In this document: in pieces, positions 9,404-18,833 of the stretch
Layout of the letters: every line of letters starts with the position of its first letter
Position numbering within the stretch: position 1 is the stretch's first letter
From: Thermoplasmata archaeon
Lineage (GTDB): Archaea; Thermoplasmatota; Thermoplasmata; Lutacidiplasmatales; UBA184
Length of the DNA: 39,775 nucleotides
Assembly: GCA_030040775.1 (NCBI GenBank)
Contig: JASHTB010000067.1
Coordinates: forward strand, 1-39,775
Direction of reading: 5' to 3'
Notes under the pieces: model-generated
Seen by the model: the letters and a program-made list of their open reading frames with translations, nothing else
The model's database searches: none
What the model was told of the DNA's origin: nothing
Translations under genes and position numbers: made by a program

Positions 9404-9559
9404 CCTTCTATCCTGAAGCGGCCGCCGAGGGGAGGGTCGTTTAAAAAGCTTCTCGGGCGCGGCCGTGTCGAGGCGCCTCCTTCGGCTCTACGCACCGCGG
9501 TGCGCACACGGACTTATGAGGGCGGTTCGCCGTCGCAAGGGAAGAAGGCGGGAAGCGGC

Positions 9560-10480
9560 GTGGTCGGTCTCGAGAACGAGCTCCTCTACGTCGGGGTCGG
9601 TCTGCTCCTGGGTGGCTTCGGCTTCGCTGCGGTCGCCGACCTTAGAGACCGCGAAGTGACCGACCTCCTCTGGCAGGTCCTCGGAGTCCTGGGCCTCGTC
9701 GTGGGGGCGCTCGCGGTAGCGCCCGGGGGCGAACTTCCTCTCGCACTTTGGATCGTAGTCGGAGCCCTGGTCCTGGAGCACATGTTCGCCTGGGACGAAC
9801 GTCTCGGAGGCTGGGTGGAGCACCACGCCAATCTTCTCGAGCTCGTCGCGTACGTCGCGGTCGTCGCAATCGTGGCCGGCGCCGCAGTGCGCGTCGGGGT
9901 CAGCTCGTCGGGCGTCCCTCTCACGATCGTGGCCGTGCTGGCTACGGTGCTGTTCGCGCGCGCGCTGTTCGAGGCGGGGGCGCTCTACGGTGGGGCGGAC
10001 GCGAAGGCGCTGATGATCGCCGGAATTCTGGTCCCTCTGTTCCCGTCACCCTGGCTCTGGTCGCCGTCCGCGCTCGTTCCCGTCACGTCGGTCGTTCCCT
10101 TTGCGGTCGACCTGTTGATGAACGCAGCCCTGATCTCGGTCGTGATTCCACTCGCTCTCGCGGTCCGCAACCTCGCGCGCGGGGAGTTCCGGTCAGTCCG
10201 CGGCTTCACCGGCTATTCGATGCCGGTTTCAGAACTCCCCCAACGGTTCGTCTGGGTGCGCGACCCGGCCGTGCCTCCGCTCTCTGAGGACGACGAACCG
10301 GCAGAGACGAGCGAAGAGGACCGTCAGCGGCGCATCGCGATCGCGAACGAGCTCACGGCCCGAGGGGTCTCTCGGGTCTGGGTCACCCCGCAGGTTCCGT
10401 TCCTCGTGTTGATGGCGCTGGGAGCGCTCACCGCGCTCCTGGTGGGAAACCTCGTGGTCGACCTCATCGCACTCGTGTGA
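9560..10480 (+). CDS. A24 prepilin/prearchaellin peptidase (FlaK/PibD-like)
   Basis: ADLRDREV and GGADAK aspartate motifs, multiple TMs, C-terminal VWVTPQVPFLV. Start GTG 9560 lies inside ORF 9068..10480. Confidence 0.9.
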   Translation: MVGLENELLYVGVGLLLGGFGFAAVADLRDREVTDLLWQVLGVLGLVVGALAVAPGGELPLALWIVVGALVLEHMFAWDERLGGWVEHHANLLELVAYVAVVAIVAGAAVRVGVSSSGVPLTIVAVLATVLFARALFEAGALYGGADAKALMIAGILVPLFPSPWLWSPSALVPVTSVVPFAVDLLMNAALISVVIPLALAVRNLARGEFRSVRGFTGYSMPVSELPQRFVWVRDPAVPPLSEDDEPAETSEEDRQRRIAIANELTARGVSRVWVTPQVPFLVLMALGALTALLVGNLVVDLIALV

Positions 10481-10597
10481 GCGCAAGCACCTAAAGCGTA
10501 GCAGTCCACCGGAACGAGAGAGGACGCGTTCGAAGGCCCCTCAACCGGGGGAACAGGTACCGAAAGCTTTTCTCCGCGGCGCTCGTCGGCGCACTCT

Positions 10598-11023
10598 ATG
10601 CCCTCGGCTTCCCGGGCGCGACGGACCCATCCGATCCGCGTGCTCATCGCAAAGCCCGGTCTAGACGGTCACGACCGAGGGGCGAAGGTCGTAGCCCGGG
10701 CGCTCAGGGACGCGGGGATGGAGGTGATCTACGCCGGACTACGCCAGACTCCGGAGGAGATCGTGCGGGCGGCGCTCGAAGAGGACGTCGACCTGATCGG
10801 TCTCTCAATCCTCTCGGGAGCGCACATGACGCTGTTTCCTCGCGTGCTCGCGCTCCTCAAGCGGAACAAGGCTGGGAACGTGCCGGTCTTCGCCGGCGGC
10901 ATCATCCCGGACGAGGACGCGCGCCGGCTGCGTCGGGCGGGGATCCGGGCGATCTTTGGTCCGGGAAGCTCGCTCGAGGAGATCGTCCGAACGGCTCAGA
11001 AGCTCGCCCGCGCCCGTTCATGA
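10598..11023 (+). CDS. Methylmalonyl-CoA mutase family cobalamin-binding (small) subunit
   Basis: [12 protein letters not shown] (DxHxxG), [19 protein letters not shown]. Confidence 0.95.
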   Translation: MPSASRARRTHPIRVLIAKPGLDGHDRGAKVVARALRDAGMEVIYAGLRQTPEEIVRAALEEDVDLIGLSILSGAHMTLFPRVLALLKRNKAGNVPVFAGGIIPDEDARRLRRAGIRAIFGPGSSLEEIVRTAQKLARARS

Positions 11024-11985
11024 CGGGGGCCGGCCGCCTGTCCACGGCCGCACGGGCGATCGTGGCGGGGGACCGTCGGGCCCTTGCACGGGCAATCACC
11101 GCGATCGAGAACGGGGACTCGGCCGCCGAGCCGGTCCTGAGGTCGCTCTACCCTCGCACCCGGGGGATCCCGGTCGTGGGATTCACCGGGCCTCTCGGCG
11201 TCGGCAAGTCGAGCCTGATCAATGCCCTCGTAGGGCTGTTGCGAGACCGTGGGCGGACGGTCGGTATCGTCGCCGTGGACCCCTCGAGCCCGTTCTCGGG
11301 AGGCTCCGTGCTCGGGGACCGCATCCGTCTCGACCGTCCGGCGGACGATACGGGGATCTACTTCCGTTCGATGGCGAGCCGCGGCGCCGCGGGCGGGGTC
11401 GCCGCGGCCACGCTCGAGATCGCGCGCCTCTTGGACGCCGCGGGCTTCGACTTCGTTCTGGTCGAAACGGTCGGGAGCGGGCAGGTCGACGTGGCGATAC
11501 GGGAGATCGCGAGCACGAGCATCGTCGTCCTCGTCCCGCACCTGGGCGACGAGGTCCAGACGCTGAAGGCCGGCATGTTCGAGATCGCGGACGTCTTCTG
11601 CGTGAACAAATCGGACCTCCCCGGGGCCGACCTCGCTCGGAAGGACCTCGCCGACCTCGTGTCGCTCGGGAGGGCCGAGGGCCGCTGGGCCCCGGCGATC
11701 GTTCTGACGTCGACGGTCGAGCCGATGGGGATCGACGGGCTCTGGCGCGCGGTCGAGGCCCACGAGAAGTTCCTGGACGACTCTGGCGAGCGACGCGCGG
11801 GAGAGCGACGCCGGCTCGCGAACGAGATCGTCGGCCTTGTCCGCGACCGCGTCGGCCGGGACCTCACCGCGCGCCTGGAGGCCGACCCGAAGCTTCGGTC
11901 GCTCCTCGACCGGGTCGTGGCCCGTTCGCTCGACCCTCGAGCGGCGGCCGAGCAGCTGCTCATCCGCGGCCGCCGAGCCCGGTGA
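11020..11985 (+). CDS. meaB: MeaB/ArgK GTPase chaperone of B12-dependent mutases
   Basis: [44 protein letters not shown]; ATGA overlap with the B12 subunit. Confidence 0.93.
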   Translation: MTGAGRLSTAARAIVAGDRRALARAITAIENGDSAAEPVLRSLYPRTRGIPVVGFTGPLGVGKSSLINALVGLLRDRGRTVGIVAVDPSSPFSGGSVLGDRIRLDRPADDTGIYFRSMASRGAAGGVAAATLEIARLLDAAGFDFVLVETVGSGQVDVAIREIASTSIVVLVPHLGDEVQTLKAGMFEIADVFCVNKSDLPGADLARKDLADLVSLGRAEGRWAPAIVLTSTVEPMGIDGLWRAVEAHEKFLDDSGERRAGERRRLANEIVGLVRDRVGRDLTARLEADPKLRSLLDRVVARSLDPRAAAEQLLIRGRRAR

Positions 11986-11991
11986 GCCCCG

Positions 11992-12567
11992 ATGGTCGCG
12001 TTCGCCGTCGCGCTCGCCCTCGTCCTGTTCGCCGTCGGGATCGGAGCCGCCTACTTCGTCTTCGCCTCCTTCCTGTTCGGCGCCGGCTACGAGCCGACGC
12101 CCCGCCGCGCGGTGGAGCGGATGCTCCGTTACGCGGAGGTCGGACCCAGCGACACCGTCTTCGACCTCGGAGCCGGGACGGGGGCGATCGTGTTCCGGGC
12201 TGCCCGAATCTACCGGGCCCGGGTCGTGGGCGTCGAGGTGGAGCCGCTCCGCGTGGCGATCCTCCGCTTGCGCCGACGTCTCGGACCGTTCTCGGACCGA
12301 ATCACCATTCGTTGGGGGAACCTCTTTCGCCTCGACTTCCGCGACGCGAGCGTGGTCACCGCCTTTCTGTGGCCGGGGGCGATGACACGCCTCCGACCGA
12401 AGCTCGAGGCCGAGCTTGCCCCCGGAGCTCGGCTCGTAAGCCACTGTCACCCGGTCCCCGGCTGGGTCGCGGACGAGTACGACCCTGAGACGGACGTCTA
12501 CCTGTACCGCTGGCCGGCCGCGCGAGAGTCGGGGGCCGCCCCCGCAGGCCCTACGGGTGGTACCTGA
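11992..12567 (+). CDS. Class I SAM-dependent methyltransferase with N-terminal TM (FAM173/aKMT-like lysine methyltransferase)
   Basis: N-terminal hydrophobic helix, GAGYEPTP pre-motif, FDLGAGTG, VGVEVEP, VVTAFL, LVSH. Confidence 0.85.
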   Translation: MVAFAVALALVLFAVGIGAAYFVFASFLFGAGYEPTPRRAVERMLRYAEVGPSDTVFDLGAGTGAIVFRAARIYRARVVGVEVEPLRVAILRLRRRLGPFSDRITIRWGNLFRLDFRDASVVTAFLWPGAMTRLRPKLEAELAPGARLVSHCHPVPGWVADEYDPETDVYLYRWPAARESGAAPAGPTGGT

Positions 12568-12679
12568 ACCAGAAGAACGCCATCACGGCGAAGACGGCGA
12601 GGACGATGACTCCGGCCGCAGCCCATCCGACGTAATCCGTCCGGTCGACCTCGCGCGCAGCGGTCGCTGCTTCGGGCAC
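12551..12679 (-). CDS. Small single-TM protein, 42 aa (MPEAATAAREVDRTDYVGWAAAGVIVLAVFAVMAFFWFRYHP)
   Basis: Translated by hand; below the ORF-track cutoff. One clear TM helix, TTAAA box about 23 nt upstream of the GTG. Confidence 0.6.
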   Translation of the reverse strand: MPEAATAAREVDRTDYVGWAAAGVIVLAVFAVMAFFWFRYHP

Positions 12680-12735
12680 GGGAAGCCGGACCGCCCTCAC
12701 GGTTTAAGTCAGTTCGATACGAACCGGACCTCGAC

Positions 12736-12867
12736 CTAAGGGATTCCGGCGCCGATCTGACCCGTGACCCCGAGGTAGATAATGGCGGCTCCGACCGCGA
12801 TCGCTACCGCGAAGGTGCCGATCAGAAAGGAGAGCGGCACTCGGGTATCGGGAGGGGCGGGCTCCAC
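12736..12867 (-). CDS. Small single-TM protein, 43 aa (MEPAPPDTRVPLSFLIGTFAVAIAVGAAIIYLGVTGQIGAGIP)
   Basis: Translated by hand. One TM helix, GAGG just before the GTG, TTGAA box about 24 nt upstream. Fills an otherwise empty gap. Confidence 0.6.
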   Translation of the reverse strand: MEPAPPDTRVPLSFLIGTFAVAIAVGAAIIYLGVTGQIGAGIP

Positions 12868-12935
12868 GGACCTCGGAAGGAACTCAGGGGTTCAAGTGCC
12901 CGTCGTTCGTGCAAAACGCCGACCGGGCGGACCGG

Positions 12936-13850
12936 TCAGCCGTCTTTCGTTTCCTTGGCCGACGGTCCCGAGCTCTTCGTCGACTTCCCGGAGGGTTTGG
13001 CCGCCTCCTTCTCTGTCTCAGCCTTGGATGCGAGCGCTTCGGGTTTCTCGGAGGGCTTCTTCTCCGGCGGGGCGGCCGCTTCCTTCCCCGCCGCTTCCTT
13101 CTTCTCGGGGACGGGGGTAACGTACTCCTCGACGACCCGGATCACCTTCGGGTGCAGCTGGCTTCGGAGACGGTCGACCACCCGTGGCTTAGCCGCCATC
13201 CAAGCGAGGTCGAACTTCGACCGCTCGGGAACCTTCAGCGTGACCGTCTGGTCGTGGTGCTCGACCCCGAACTCTGCGGACCGGCCGTACTGGAGCTCGA
13301 GGATCGCGCGGACCTGCGCCGTGGGCTCGACGATCTGTTCCGTGACCTTGAACTTCCCTCGGATCTTCCGACCGGCGAACGGCGGGTTGAAGTCGACCCG
13401 CACCCGCGCCGCGGTCAGGGAGACGACGCGACCCCGCCGTCCCTCGATCGTGAGCACGGTCCCGACGTCGAGGTGCGCGTTCTCTCGTCGCATCTCGGGC
13501 AGGCGCTCGACCTCGTGCATCGAGAACAGTTCGATGAGATTCGGGTCGCGTTCCCCGAAGGCCTCAGCCGGGGTGAACTCGCGTTCGGCCTCTTCCCCGA
13601 CCTTGAGCCCCACCAGGGCGTTTTCGATACTGGCCGGGAACCGGTCCCCGCCGATCTGGTGAGGTCTCGGACCGAACGTGAACCCCTCGGGCTTCGGGAC
13701 GTTCGCCTTTCCTAAGACGTCCTCGTGGGTCGTGTCGAGCAGCTCGGTCTTACCGCCCATCTCCGCCCAGAGGTCGTACTCGATCCGCACGAGGTCGCCC
13801 GATTTCGTGAGCTCCCCGGACGTATGGGTGGGATGCGATTCGGGCGGCAT
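12936..13850 (-). CDS. Long-type archaeal FKBP peptidyl-prolyl isomerase (SlyD-like)
   Basis: GDLVRIEY, LLDTT, FTPAEAFGERD, VRVDFNPPFAG; C-terminal domain plus an E/K/A/P-rich tail. Confidence 0.92.
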   Translation of the reverse strand: MPPESHPTHTSGELTKSGDLVRIEYDLWAEMGGKTELLDTTHEDVLGKANVPKPEGFTFGPRPHQIGGDRFPASIENALVGLKVGEEAEREFTPAEAFGERDPNLIELFSMHEVERLPEMRRENAHLDVGTVLTIEGRRGRVVSLTAARVRVDFNPPFAGRKIRGKFKVTEQIVEPTAQVRAILELQYGRSAEFGVEHHDQTVTLKVPERSKFDLAWMAAKPRVVDRLRSQLHPKVIRVVEEYVTPVPEKKEAAGKEAAAPPEKKPSEKPEALASKAETEKEAAKPSGKSTKSSGPSAKETKDG

Positions 13851-13899
13851 GGCCCCGCCGAACCGGGGGCTCGCTTAACGTTTTCTCGAGGAGCCGGTG

Positions 13900-14727
13900 T
13901 CATCGACCGGGGGGCGAGCCCGAGAGCCGTCGCCAACGGACCAACGCCTGGAGGAGCGCGAACGGCTTGATCAACGCCTCGACGTACGCCAGGGGATGGG
14001 GGACCCGGTTCCGCCGCTCTTGGAGCCGTCCTTTCAGCGCGTCGTTCTTGAGGAGGGACATCGCCATCGCGACCAGGTAACGATATCGCTTCCGGGCCCA
14101 CCGGACGTAGCTCGTCTCCGAGACCTTGTCGTGGTACACCCACGCCTCGGGAACGTAGACCCCGCGCATTCCGAGGGCTGTCGCCCGGGTTTCGAGGTCG
14201 TGGTCCTCGGCGAACGGTATCCTCGGGTCGAACCCAAGCTGGCGGAGCACCTCCGTTCTCCACGCGGTGTTCTGGAGTGGGAGGTAGGCCGGGCTCGAGG
14301 GCACGAGATTCTCGTAGATGGATCGTTCGAGCAGAGCGTAGTAACGCTCAATCGGGTGCGCCGGAGGGCGGATCGGCCGGGTGGGGCCGCCGGTGAACGC
14401 CGCGGCTCCCGCCTCGATGGGCCGAACGAGGACGTCGAGCCACTCAGGAGGAGCCACCTCATCCGAGTCGAGGAACGCGGTCACCTCACCTTGCAGGTGG
14501 GAAAGCGTCGCGGCACGCGCGGCGACGACCCCCCCGGGGTGGCGGACCACTTCGACCGGGATCGATGGGGCCCGACCGATCGCCTCGGTAAGGAGGGACT
14601 GGGGGGTCGTGGTCGCCGCGACGATGAGCAGGCGGTCCGGCCGTCGACGCTGCTGCTCGAGGGAAGCGACCGCGGCCGGGAGCCGGGGGTCATTCCCAAC
14701 TGCGACCTCGACCTCCACCGTCGCCAT
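13900..14727 (-). CDS. Glycosyltransferase family 2
   Basis: AFLDSDE (DxD), WLDVL, GFDPRIPFAEDHDL, AWVYH. ATG 14727 preferred as start. Confidence 0.88.
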   Translation of the reverse strand: MATVEVEVAVGNDPRLPAAVASLEQQRRRPDRLLIVAATTTPQSLLTEAIGRAPSIPVEVVRHPGGVVAARAATLSHLQGEVTAFLDSDEVAPPEWLDVLVRPIEAGAAAFTGGPTRPIRPPAHPIERYYALLERSIYENLVPSSPAYLPLQNTAWRTEVLRQLGFDPRIPFAEDHDLETRATALGMRGVYVPEAWVYHDKVSETSYVRWARKRYRYLVAMAMSLLKNDALKGRLQERRNRVPHPLAYVEALIKPFALLQALVRWRRLSGSPPGR

Positions 14728-14820
14728 GCCGAGCACCCGGACAGCGGCCGAGAGCCTCCGGCCGACGTCCGACCCCCTCAACGCGCCAAGTCCTTAATCT
14801 GAGAGGCCGCTAGGGCGCTC

Positions 14821-15882
14821 GTGCGAGTTCTCCTCCTCGGAGGGGGCGTCCAGCCGATCCCTCCGACGGGGTACGGAGCGGTCGAGCAGATCCTCGCCGA
14901 CCTGAAGGTCTCTCTCGAGGCCGCCGGGCAGGAGGTCGCTGTCGTCAATCGGGTGCGTCATCGCCGCATGCGCGACGAGTACCCCTTCGCGTGGGAGCTT
15001 CCCCGCCTGATCGAGCGGGAGCGATACGACGTGCTCCATGCGAACACTCCGGTCGTCGCGAACCGCCTCGCGTGGAACGGCTATCCGTATGTCTATACCT
15101 CGCATTCCCGTCACTGGTTCTACCGCGAGCGGCTGTCCCATCGCTGGGGTTACTGGCTCGAGCGGCGAGCCGTCCGTCATGCCCGAGCCGTGATCGCGCT
15201 CACCGAGCCCCTCGCCGCGACGATGCGCTCGACGGTTCGACCGCCGCTACCCCCGGTCACGGTGGTCCCGTTCGGAGTCGACGACCGACGCTTCGCGCCG
15301 GCGTGGGAACGCCGCACGGGTCGGAGGGCGCTCGGGGTCGGGGTGGTGGCCCCGTTCAAGCGATGGCACGTCGCGGCGGCCGCGCTGAAGAGCTCGGGCC
15401 TCTCCCTTCGCATCGCTGGGCCGATCGTCTCTACGGCGTACGCCGCCGTGGTCCGTCAGAGCGGTTCCGAGGTCGAGCTCCTCGGCGAAGTCGGTCCCGA
15501 GGAGCTCGAACGACTGTTCGCGGAGAGCGACTTCCTTGTCCACCCGAGCGCCGTCGAGGTCCTCTCGGCCACGGTGCTCGAAGCCCTCGCGGCAGGGCTC
15601 CCCGTCATCGGAGGGGAGGCGGTCCGCGGGGTGGTCGACGAGGGCCTCACCGGCTGGGTCGTCCCCGAGGGGCCCCGGATGCCCCTCGAGGAGTTCCGCC
15701 GTCACGCGGTCGACCTCGCCCGCGACGATGCCCTCCGGCGTCGCATGGGCGACGCCGGCCGACGGGTCGCACAGGACCGTTTCTCCTGGCCCCGGATTGC
15801 CGCGCAGCACATCGCGATCTATCGGTCCGTAGCCGAGCCGTCCGGCTCGCCTCCGGACCGTGCCCCGCAGCGCCCAAGCTAG
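14821..15882 (+). CDS. Glycosyltransferase family 4
   Basis: MRVLLL..PIPPTGYGAVE, VPFGVD, PFKR, PSAVEVLSATVLEALAAGLPVI, RFSW. Confidence 0.93.
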   Translation: MRVLLLGGGVQPIPPTGYGAVEQILADLKVSLEAAGQEVAVVNRVRHRRMRDEYPFAWELPRLIERERYDVLHANTPVVANRLAWNGYPYVYTSHSRHWFYRERLSHRWGYWLERRAVRHARAVIALTEPLAATMRSTVRPPLPPVTVVPFGVDDRRFAPAWERRTGRRALGVGVVAPFKRWHVAAAALKSSGLSLRIAGPIVSTAYAAVVRQSGSEVELLGEVGPEELERLFAESDFLVHPSAVEVLSATVLEALAAGLPVIGGEAVRGVVDEGLTGWVVPEGPRMPLEEFRRHAVDLARDDALRRRMGDAGRRVAQDRFSWPRIAAQHIAIYRSVAEPSGSPPDRAPQRPS

Positions 15883-16844
15883 CGAGATAGACCCCGCTCA
15901 CGGGCCATCTCCTCGATGGTCCGGTCGACTGCGGCGGCGCTGGAGTAGCGCGGACGCCAGCCGAGCTTCGAGATCTTCTCGATGGAGAGGAGCTGCTGCG
16001 GGATGTCCCCGGTCCAGCCTCGCTCTCCGCCGGTGTACTCGATGCGTGCCCGGCCCCCATGGGCCGCGGCGACCTTTTCCGCGATCTCGCGGGTCGAGAT
16101 CCGGTCGGTCGTTCCGAGGTTGAAGAGGTTGACCGTGTCGGCCGCCCGGTCCAGGGCGGTGAGCATCCCGTCGACGCAGTCCTCGGTTCGAAGGTAGCTC
16201 TTGGACTGTCGGCCGTCCCCGAGCACCTCGAGCCGGCTCGGGTCGCGGCGCAGCTTCTCGAAGAAGTCGTAGAGGACCCCGTGGGTCATTACGGGACCGA
16301 TGATGTTCGCGAACCGGAAGAGGTAGGTCCGAATTCCGTAGTTGTGCGCGAACGCCGAGGCCATCCCTTCGGCGGCGAGCTTCCCGGCCCCGTAGAGCGA
16401 TTCGGGCAGGAGCGGGCCGTAGCTCTCGGGCGTGGGCAGGACGCTGGGAAGGCCATAGACGACGCTGGACGAGGCGAAGAGGAACCGGCCGACGTCGTGT
16501 TTCCGAGCCGCCTCCAGGACCTCGAACGTCGCGACCGTTCCCAGGTCGAAGTCGAGGCGCGGGTCCGCCGAGCCGCGGCGGATGTCCGAATTGGCCGCGA
16601 GGTGCCACACCGCCGAGGCCTGTCGGAAGAGGTCCGCGTACCGCGCCGGCTCGCGCAGGTCCGCGACCGTGAGCGAGATCCGCTGGCTTCCGGATGCGGA
16701 CGGAAGGTGCTCGCGTCGGCCGCTCGATAGATTGTCGATGACCCGGACTTCCTGACCTCGGGCGAGGAGCGAGCGGACGAGCACCGAGCCGATGGCCCCC
16801 GCGCCGCCGGTCACCACCGCCGGTCCGTCGGCCTGAGCAGGCAT
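15879..16844 (-). CDS. NAD-dependent epimerase/dehydratase (UDP-glucose 4-epimerase-like SDR)
   Basis: VTGGAGAIGS, IDNLSSG, HLAAN, SSSVVYG, YGAGK, LGDGRQSKSYL, GWTGD. Confidence 0.94.
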   Translation of the reverse strand: MPAQADGPAVVTGGAGAIGSVLVRSLLARGQEVRVIDNLSSGRREHLPSASGSQRISLTVADLREPARYADLFRQASAVWHLAANSDIRRGSADPRLDFDLGTVATFEVLEAARKHDVGRFLFASSSVVYGLPSVLPTPESYGPLLPESLYGAGKLAAEGMASAFAHNYGIRTYLFRFANIIGPVMTHGVLYDFFEKLRRDPSRLEVLGDGRQSKSYLRTEDCVDGMLTALDRAADTVNLFNLGTTDRISTREIAEKVAAAHGGRARIEYTGGERGWTGDIPQQLLSIEKISKLGWRPRYSSAAAVDRTIEEMARERGLSR

Positions 16845-16867
16845 CGACGGCGGCGAGTCGGGGAAGC

Positions 16868-16876
16868 ATATATAAA
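16868..16876. promoter_or_regulatory. TATA box (ATATATAAA) in the divergent intergenic region between the epimerase and the 16924 gene
   Basis: Conspicuous AT run in GC-rich DNA, about 23 nt upstream of the epimerase ATG. Confidence 0.65.
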
Positions 16877-16923
16877 CCGACGGTCGTGTAAACTTCGCGT
16901 CGGCGGTTACGGTCGAGAGGACG

Positions 16924-17148
16924 ATGCGTACCTACGTCCGGATGACGTTTCACTCCGAGGGCGCGAATCCGCTCAAGGTCCTCGAGGCGATGCGGACCCT
17001 GGGATTCGAGGAATCAATGGGAATGCACGACTTCGTTTACAAATGGAAGGAGAAAGCAACCCTCGACGATGTCCTCCGTCTCATGACCGACATGCACGAA
17101 CGGCTGAAGGGTCTCGACGTGAGCTACGAAATCACGACGATTTCCTGA
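16924..17148 (+). CDS. Small hypothetical protein, 74 aa, with a ferredoxin-like beta/alpha pattern
   Basis: GAGG before ATG, protein-like composition, alternating strand/helix pattern. Confidence 0.75.
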   Translation: MRTYVRMTFHSEGANPLKVLEAMRTLGFEESMGMHDFVYKWKEKATLDDVLRLMTDMHERLKGLDVSYEITTIS

Positions 17149-17167
17149 ACCCACGACGGAGGGGACC

Positions 17168-17557
17168 ATGCCCCGCGAGAACCTGGACCGACTCGAACGG
17201 ATGTTGCTCCAGCATCTCCTCGACCACCGCGGCCAGCAGATCCGGTTCGAAGCCTCGCAGTGGACGACCGAGTTCGGCATCTTCCGCAAGTTCGCGAAGG
17301 AGGACACGGGGGACTTGAAGCAGGCGTTGCACGATCTCGAAATGTCCCGGATGATTTACCGCCGGACTCAGTATGTCGTCGGATACTCCGAGCCGAAACA
17401 CGTCTTCTCCCTCACCGGGAGCGGATACCGCAAAGCGCTCGAGGTTCGTCGAGAAGAGGCCGGCTCCCTAGAACCCGAGGGCGAAACGCGGAGGTCCGCA
17501 GCGACGGAAAACGACGCGGCGGGCCTGAGCTCTGGCCGTCCTGCTCGCGGGCCGTAG
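17168..17557 (+). CDS. Hypothetical winged-helix-like protein
   Basis: GGAGG RBS; LKQALHDLEMSRMIYRR...VFSLTGSG resembles a wHTH wing signature (xLTxxG). Confidence 0.65.
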   Translation: MPRENLDRLERMLLQHLLDHRGQQIRFEASQWTTEFGIFRKFAKEDTGDLKQALHDLEMSRMIYRRTQYVVGYSEPKHVFSLTGSGYRKALEVRREEAGSLEPEGETRRSAATENDAAGLSSGRPARGP

Positions 17558-17563
17558 GCCGCC

Positions 17564-18115
17564 ATGCCGGTCCTGAAGGGGCCGTCCGTCCTTCTGAGGC
17601 CCCTCGAGCACCGGGACTATTCTCGCGTCTTCCCGTGGTACAACGCTCCGGACATCGTTGCGCCGTTCGACCGGTTCTCGGTCGACTCGTTCGATGGGTT
17701 CGTGCACGAGGTCGAGTCGGCGGCGTCTGACCCGACGTCACTCGCGCCTCGGTTTGTGGTGGAGCGAAGGAAGGAAGGGGACGTCGTGGGCGTCCTGGGG
17801 TACTATCGCGCGCATCCGGTGCTCGAGTTCTTGGATATTTGGTACGTCCTCGGGGACCCCGAGGCCCGGGGCCACGGCCTCGGCCGGGAAGCCGTCGGTC
17901 TCCTCGTGGACCACCTGTTCGGTTCGACCGAGGTCGAACGCATCGGCGCGACGTGTGACGTCCAGAACGAGGCCTCGTACCGCCTGCTGGAGCGACTAGG
18001 CTTCCGTTGGGAGGGAACGATGCGCTCGGCTCTGTTCCACCACGGGGGCTGGCACGATGTCCGGTTCTACGGGGTCACGCGGGCGGAGTGGGCGGCGCGG
18101 GCCCCTCCAATCTGA
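17564..18115 (+). CDS. GNAT acetyltransferase, RimJ/RimL family
   Basis: VLLRPLE, PEARGHGLGREAV, NEASYRLLERLGFRWEG, WHDVRFYG. Confidence 0.92.
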   Translation: MPVLKGPSVLLRPLEHRDYSRVFPWYNAPDIVAPFDRFSVDSFDGFVHEVESAASDPTSLAPRFVVERRKEGDVVGVLGYYRAHPVLEFLDIWYVLGDPEARGHGLGREAVGLLVDHLFGSTEVERIGATCDVQNEASYRLLERLGFRWEGTMRSALFHHGGWHDVRFYGVTRAEWAARAPPI

Positions 18116-18833
18116 AGACGAGCCTCGAGCTTCCGTCGGGCCGCTCGATGGGCGGGAGGAGATGAATCGGTCCGATCTCGCCGGTCGACCGAACGTGGGT
18201 CCCTCCGCAAGGACAAAGGTCGCTCCCCTCAATCTCCACTATGCGCACCGGGTCGACCTGCGCCGGGAGCGGCACGAGCCCGGACCGTTCCGACGTGGGA
18301 TTCCGGTCCCATTCTGCCCGGGGAACCATTCGAATCGACACCGTGCGCGGACGCTCCTCGGCCTCAACCAGGTCGTCCGAGAGCCGGTCCACTTCTCCCT
18401 GCGGGAGCGGGCCCTCGAGGTCGATGGTGGCTGCGTTCCCGGCGAGGTTTGCCGCCCTCGTCCGTAGGCGCGTGCGAACGAAAATGCGGGCGCTCAGGAA
18501 GTGCTGCGCGGTATGGAGCCGCATGTGACGGTGGCGCCGTTCCCAATCGAGAGTGCCTTCGACGTCGCTCCCTACGGTCACGGAGCGGACCACTCCGGGC
18601 GAACCCCGCACCCGATGGAGCACCGCGAGCCCGGCCTTGCGCACTTCGACGACGGCGAGGGTCTCGCCCGGGGCGAGCGTGAGCGTTCCGAAGTCGCTGG
18701 GCTGGCCGCCGCCGGCCGGATAGAAGTAGGTGCGGTCCAGCACCACCGACCCGGGGGGAAGCGCGGTCACCCGGGCGCGGAACGAACGGACGTACGCCGA
18801 GGGCATGTCCGCCAGGTACGCCAGCTCGGTCAC
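18075..18833 (-). CDS. alaX: AlaX-type alanyl-tRNA editing protein
   Basis: LDRTYFYPAGGGQPSDFG, HMRLHTAQH, CPCGGTHVRSTGEIG. Start GTG 18833 lies inside ORF 18075..19571. Confidence 0.92.
   Translation of the reverse strand: MTELAYLADMPSAYVRSFRARVTALPPGSVVLDRTYFYPAGGGQPSDFGTLTLAPGETLAVVEVRKAGLAVLHRVRGSPGVVRSVTVGSDVEGTLDWERRHRHMRLHTAQHFLSARIFVRTRLRTRAANLAGNAATIDLEGPLPQGEVDRLSDDLVEAEERPRTVSIRMVPRAEWDRNPTSERSGLVPLPAQVDPVRIVEIEGSDLCPCGGTHVRSTGEIGPIHLLPPIERPDGSSRLVFRLEGPAPPTPPA

Noticed and set aside
9404-10597. tRNA or other ncRNA in intergenic gaps 9404-9559 and 10481-10597
   Set aside because: No cloverleaf, T-loop context or C/D box pair could be built by eye.
13900-16844. Horizontally acquired glycan island (GT2, GT4, epimerase)
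   Set aside because: No visible GC shift, integrase, transposase or flanking repeats; it looks like an ordinary resident cluster.
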